Shown: piece after piece, positions 61,583 to 64,000 of the stretch | Layout of the letters: each line of letters starts with the position of its first letter | Numbering within the stretch: position 1 is the stretch's first letter | Origin: Dehalococcoidia bacterium | Lineage (GTDB): Bacteria > Chloroflexota > Dehalococcoidia > Lucifugimonadales > UBA3495 | Reading direction: 5' to 3' | Assembly (NCBI GenBank): GCA_965205385.1 | Contig: CBDBGS010000008.1 | Coordinates: 745,752-809,751, forward strand | DNA: 64,000 nucleotides | Position numbers and translations under genes: made by a program | Notes under the pieces: generated by a model | Seen by the model: the letters and a program-made list of their open reading frames with translations, nothing else | Database searches by the model: none | Told to the model about the DNA's origin: nothing

Positions 61583-62515
61583 CGCCTCAAGTAGACCCTC
61601 ACCAATGAGGATTTGGACCGTCTCTGGCTCCTTCTTAGCGAGCCGCTCCAACTCGGAAATCCAAGCGGCGTCTTGGGCGTCGAACAATCCGTTTTTCTTG
61701 GCGCAGGACTGGGACGGCTCCCGCAACTCGGCGCGAAGCTCCTTATCCGCCTCCGTCAGCCTCGATTCGCGCTCCTTCAGGTCCCTTGGGTCGTCGAATC
61801 TCTGCCAACTGAACAGCAGGTCGAGATTGACCTTCTCATATCCTAGTTCCTCCAGGCAGGTAGTGACGTCCTTCATAGCCCTCACCACCTCCGCATCGCC
61901 ATCCGCTCCGATCTGGACCTTAGCCGATGCCTCCCAGACCTTCTCGAATGCCTTATCTATGTCATTCCCAGACTGCTCAACGCATTCCCTAATGGCTTCA
62001 CTTCCTGATGGTAGTCCGAAGCATTTATACGGACTCTCTTTGATGCTGAACGACTTGTAGTCGGAGACGACTTCCCTCCCACAGGCAAGTTGCGTCTCGG
62101 TCGTGGTTCTCTCGGAGCACGTCGAAGAGACATGCTTCTCAAGTCCTTCTGTACACCATGGCAGATATTTCAGGTCCTCTGAAGGACTGAATATGGTCCA
62201 CTCATGACACGCCTCCATACCTCCCGGATGCGATAGGATGGGAGTCGGGGAAGGCTGCGGAGTGACCAGGGGCAGTTTGGGCGGTATGGGGGAGGGTATC
62301 TCCTGGGTCGGCAAGGGAGGCTTGGTTGGCAGGGGGGTGGGGGTATCGGCAGGCGGCGGGGAGGTGGGTGTAGGCGTTGCTTCCTCTGACGAGGCCGTAT
62401 CCCCTGGGGATGACTGAGGCGCATTTCCCTGCCCGGCCGTTGGCCCGCAGGCCAATGATGTTAAAGCCAGCAGCGCGAGGGCGACGAGTGCGGCAACGAA
62501 CAATCGGTAAACCAT
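61532..62515 (-). CDS. lipoprotein with a Pro/Thr-rich linker, unknown function
   Basis: 327 aa with a lipobox (LTSLACG). A ~90-aa Pro/Thr/Ser linker is followed by a Cys-containing helical domain. Confidence 0.6.
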   Translation of the reverse strand: MVYRLFVAALVALALLALTSLACGPTAGQGNAPQSSPGDTASSEEATPTPTSPPPADTPTPLPTKPPLPTQEIPSPIPPKLPLVTPQPSPTPILSHPGGMEACHEWTIFSPSEDLKYLPWCTEGLEKHVSSTCSERTTTETQLACGREVVSDYKSFSIKESPYKCFGLPSGSEAIRECVEQSGNDIDKAFEKVWEASAKVQIGADGDAEVVRAMKDVTTCLEELGYEKVNLDLLFSWQRFDDPRDLKERESRLTEADKELRAELREPSQSCAKKNGLFDAQDAAWISELERLAKKEPETVQILIGEGLLEALKKPGTEIFLTGDRPS

Positions 62516-62816
62516 TTAACTGGTCCCGCTTTTGATGGGCCCGGCATTCACAACCGCCAGGTGGGTGTTAGCCCTGCATTTGCCAAACGGCAGCTCCTAT
62601 CGGCTTTTCAAAGTCTTTACCTATGGCGCAATCCTGCCCCCAACCGGCAATCCCGCGAAAGTGGGAATCTATACGTGACGAGTATAAGGAACGTGACCTC
62701 GCAAAGGCCCTACCCTAGTCGAAAATGCTGGCGCAGCCCGGCTTCTTGCCCCTAAAATCCAGTACCGCGAGTGGCGTGCCGTACTTACTCTCCCATCCGT
62801 TGCAAAGGACACCAAG

Positions 62817-63017
62817 ATGACCTTTGAAATCTCGGCGCCGACAACTCCAGGCTATAGCGAGTGGAGCGACTCCAACGGCCAGATAAGAAGCCATTACTCC
62901 AACATCGCGAAAGTCGCCGGGCCTTTCGGCCCCGCCGGGTTGATGGAGCGGTGGGGTGGGGACCAAAGACAGACTGGCCTGGATGTGTTCGCCTTCTATC
63001 TGGACCCCAAGGCTTAA
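62817..63017 (+). pseudogene. possible 5-prime fragment of a circularly permuted ATP-grasp type 2 gene
   Basis: This 66-aa ORF, ...YSEWSDSNGQIRSHYSNIAKVAGPFGPAGLMERW...GLDVFAFY, resembles the N-terminus of that family as I remember it, then stops. Low confidence. Confidence 0.25.
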
Positions 63018-63259
63018 CGCCTTACTCCCACCGATTGGGCGCCTGGTGTAATTCCTCCAGACTATCGGCCAGCCATCGAAACTGTGGACGGGCTATGTTA
63101 TACGTCCACCCAGGAAGCCGAGGCGCTTGTAGATAGCATACTGGGAATTGTCGATGACCCGCATGGATGCAAAGAGGAAGCCTGGTTCCATTTCGAAGCG
63201 TTGTCGGAGGAAGAGGTCTATCGCCAGTTCCTCCTGCAGCAGTAGTCTGCGCCGAGGTC

Positions 63260-63547
63260 TTAACCGGCTACTTCGAACCGTTCCGACTCCGGAGACTGAG
63301 ACCAGAGTTCTTCGGCCCCGGCCATTGCCACCGACCTTTCCGGGCTGGCCCTCCAGGCGTCGTAAATTTCGTTGCTGTCCCACGTAACTAGAGTGGTTAT
63401 CTTGGCGGGGTCTGACAGTGAGTACAGGGTCTCCCTAGACCCGAAGCCGGGGGCCTTGCTCTGGGCCAGGCCGTTGCCGTCCAGGAGCTTCCGGGCGTCT
63501 TCGATCTTATCGGACTTGGCCCAGTGGTGCGTCAGCACTCCGATCAT
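63260..63547 (-). CDS. antibiotic biosynthesis monooxygenase (ABM) domain protein
   Basis: 95 aa. The ferredoxin-like dimeric alpha-beta barrel pattern shows in IGVLTHHWAK...TTLVTWDSNEIYDAW. Confidence 0.65.
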   Translation of the reverse strand: MIGVLTHHWAKSDKIEDARKLLDGNGLAQSKAPGFGSRETLYSLSDPAKITTLVTWDSNEIYDAWRASPERSVAMAGAEELWSQSPESERFEVAG

Positions 63548-63711
63548 TGCGGTCCCTCCGGGGTTTCAATCTTGTTTGGCGTCTCCGCGCTTGGGAATCA
63601 TGTGAGCGCGTTGTGTGGCTGGATTCGACCTATAGATTATATCGGCGCGCGGGGCCTTCGGGCCACCGCGCATCTGCCGGAACGTCGGCCGTCCGCTAAG
63701 AGGTTCCGGCC

Positions 63712-64000
63712 TTACTCTTGAGGCGGGTCCGCGCCGTCCTTCACCCTCAGCAAGGCTCCAGCTCCCAGCGCGAGAAAGGCGACAAGCCCGCTAAGCACCG
63801 CCCCCATCTTCGCGGGCTCCTGGAAGGGAGGCCCTGCAAATGCCTTGCCCGCCACGAACAGGGCGACGGTTAGCCCTATTCCCGCGATGAGCCCAGCCAC
63901 TGCCAGATGCCTTACCCCCATGCCGTTGGGCAAAGGGAATCCCATCCAGACCCCGGCCATGGAGAACAGGGTTATGCCCATTGTTTTGCCCACGATCAGG
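63712..64000 (-). CDS. nhaA: Na+/H+ antiporter NhaA, C-terminal part (gene runs off the window)
   Basis: GKTMGITLFSMAGVWMG...GIGLTVALFVAGKAF is the conserved NhaA C-terminal TM region. The frame is open to nt 64000. Confidence 0.75.
   Translation of the reverse strand, partial: LIVGKTMGITLFSMAGVWMGFPLPNGMGVRHLAVAGLIAGIGLTVALFVAGKAFAGPPFQEPAKMGAVLSGLVAFLALGAGALLRVKDGADPPQE

Noticed and set aside
62715-63383. On the minus strand one reading frame runs from 63383 to 62715 with a single in-frame TAG at 63093-63095. This raised the idea of pyrrolysine read-through, since corrinoid methyltransferase genes are present in the window.
   Set aside because: The 5-prime third overlaps the well-supported ABM gene in another frame. 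The middle looks like a short GNAT-like remnant (NSQYAIYKRLGF). The part after the TAG has no recognisable similarity and is antisense to a plausible ATP-grasp N-terminal fragment. No pyl genes or MttB/MtbB/MtmB-type genes are seen. In GC-rich DNA such long open frames arise by chance.

Overview
64 kb of a GC-rich (about 60% by eye) bacterial chromosome, densely coded on both strands. All calls come from reading motifs in the supplied ORF translations and the DNA; no database search was run. The gene mix hints at a Chloroflexota-like lineage, with low confidence.

Layout:
- 1-6.6 kb: corrinoid-dependent methyl-transfer cluster (Hcy-binding S-methyltransferase domain protein, MtaA/URO-D-type methyltransferase, B12-binding corrinoid protein, RamA/RACo-type reductive activator), then moaD-moaE.
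- 6.6-12 kb: radA, clpC, a stand-alone 5S rRNA gene missed by the ORF track, rsmG.
- 12-18 kb: two acyl-CoA dehydrogenases, HIT, YqeK-like HD protein, an aminotransferase, and a 109-codon gene with an in-frame TGA plus a SECIS-like hairpin (candidate HesB/IscA-like selenoprotein).
- 18-26 kb: argG-hicBA-argD-UPF0182-argB-argJ.
- 26-33 kb: molybdopterin oxidoreductase large subunit and a peptide-type ABC importer (substrate-binding protein and 2 permeases, no ATPases).
- 33-34 kb: tRNA-Pro(UGG) and vapBC.
- 34.05-49.97 kb: integrative island at tRNA-Arg(CCG). It has a P4-type integrase, excisionase, VirE/primase-like gene, an iteron-flanked AT-rich putative ori, TerL, HNH, HK97-type capsid, prohead protease, a connector fused to a 550-aa repeat protein, a head-closure protein and a portal. 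It has no tail, lysis or repressor genes. It is hit by three different IS elements (IS630, IS701-like, IS1182-like) and a MITE. I read it as a decayed capsid-forming satellite (cf-PICI-like) or a head-only prophage remnant.
- 50-64 kb: mixed metabolic genes, with a visibly low-GC two-gene DUF262 (ParB-like) + RiboL-PSP-type HEPN module (candidate defence system), some low-GC secreted proteins, gene fragments and a partial nhaA.
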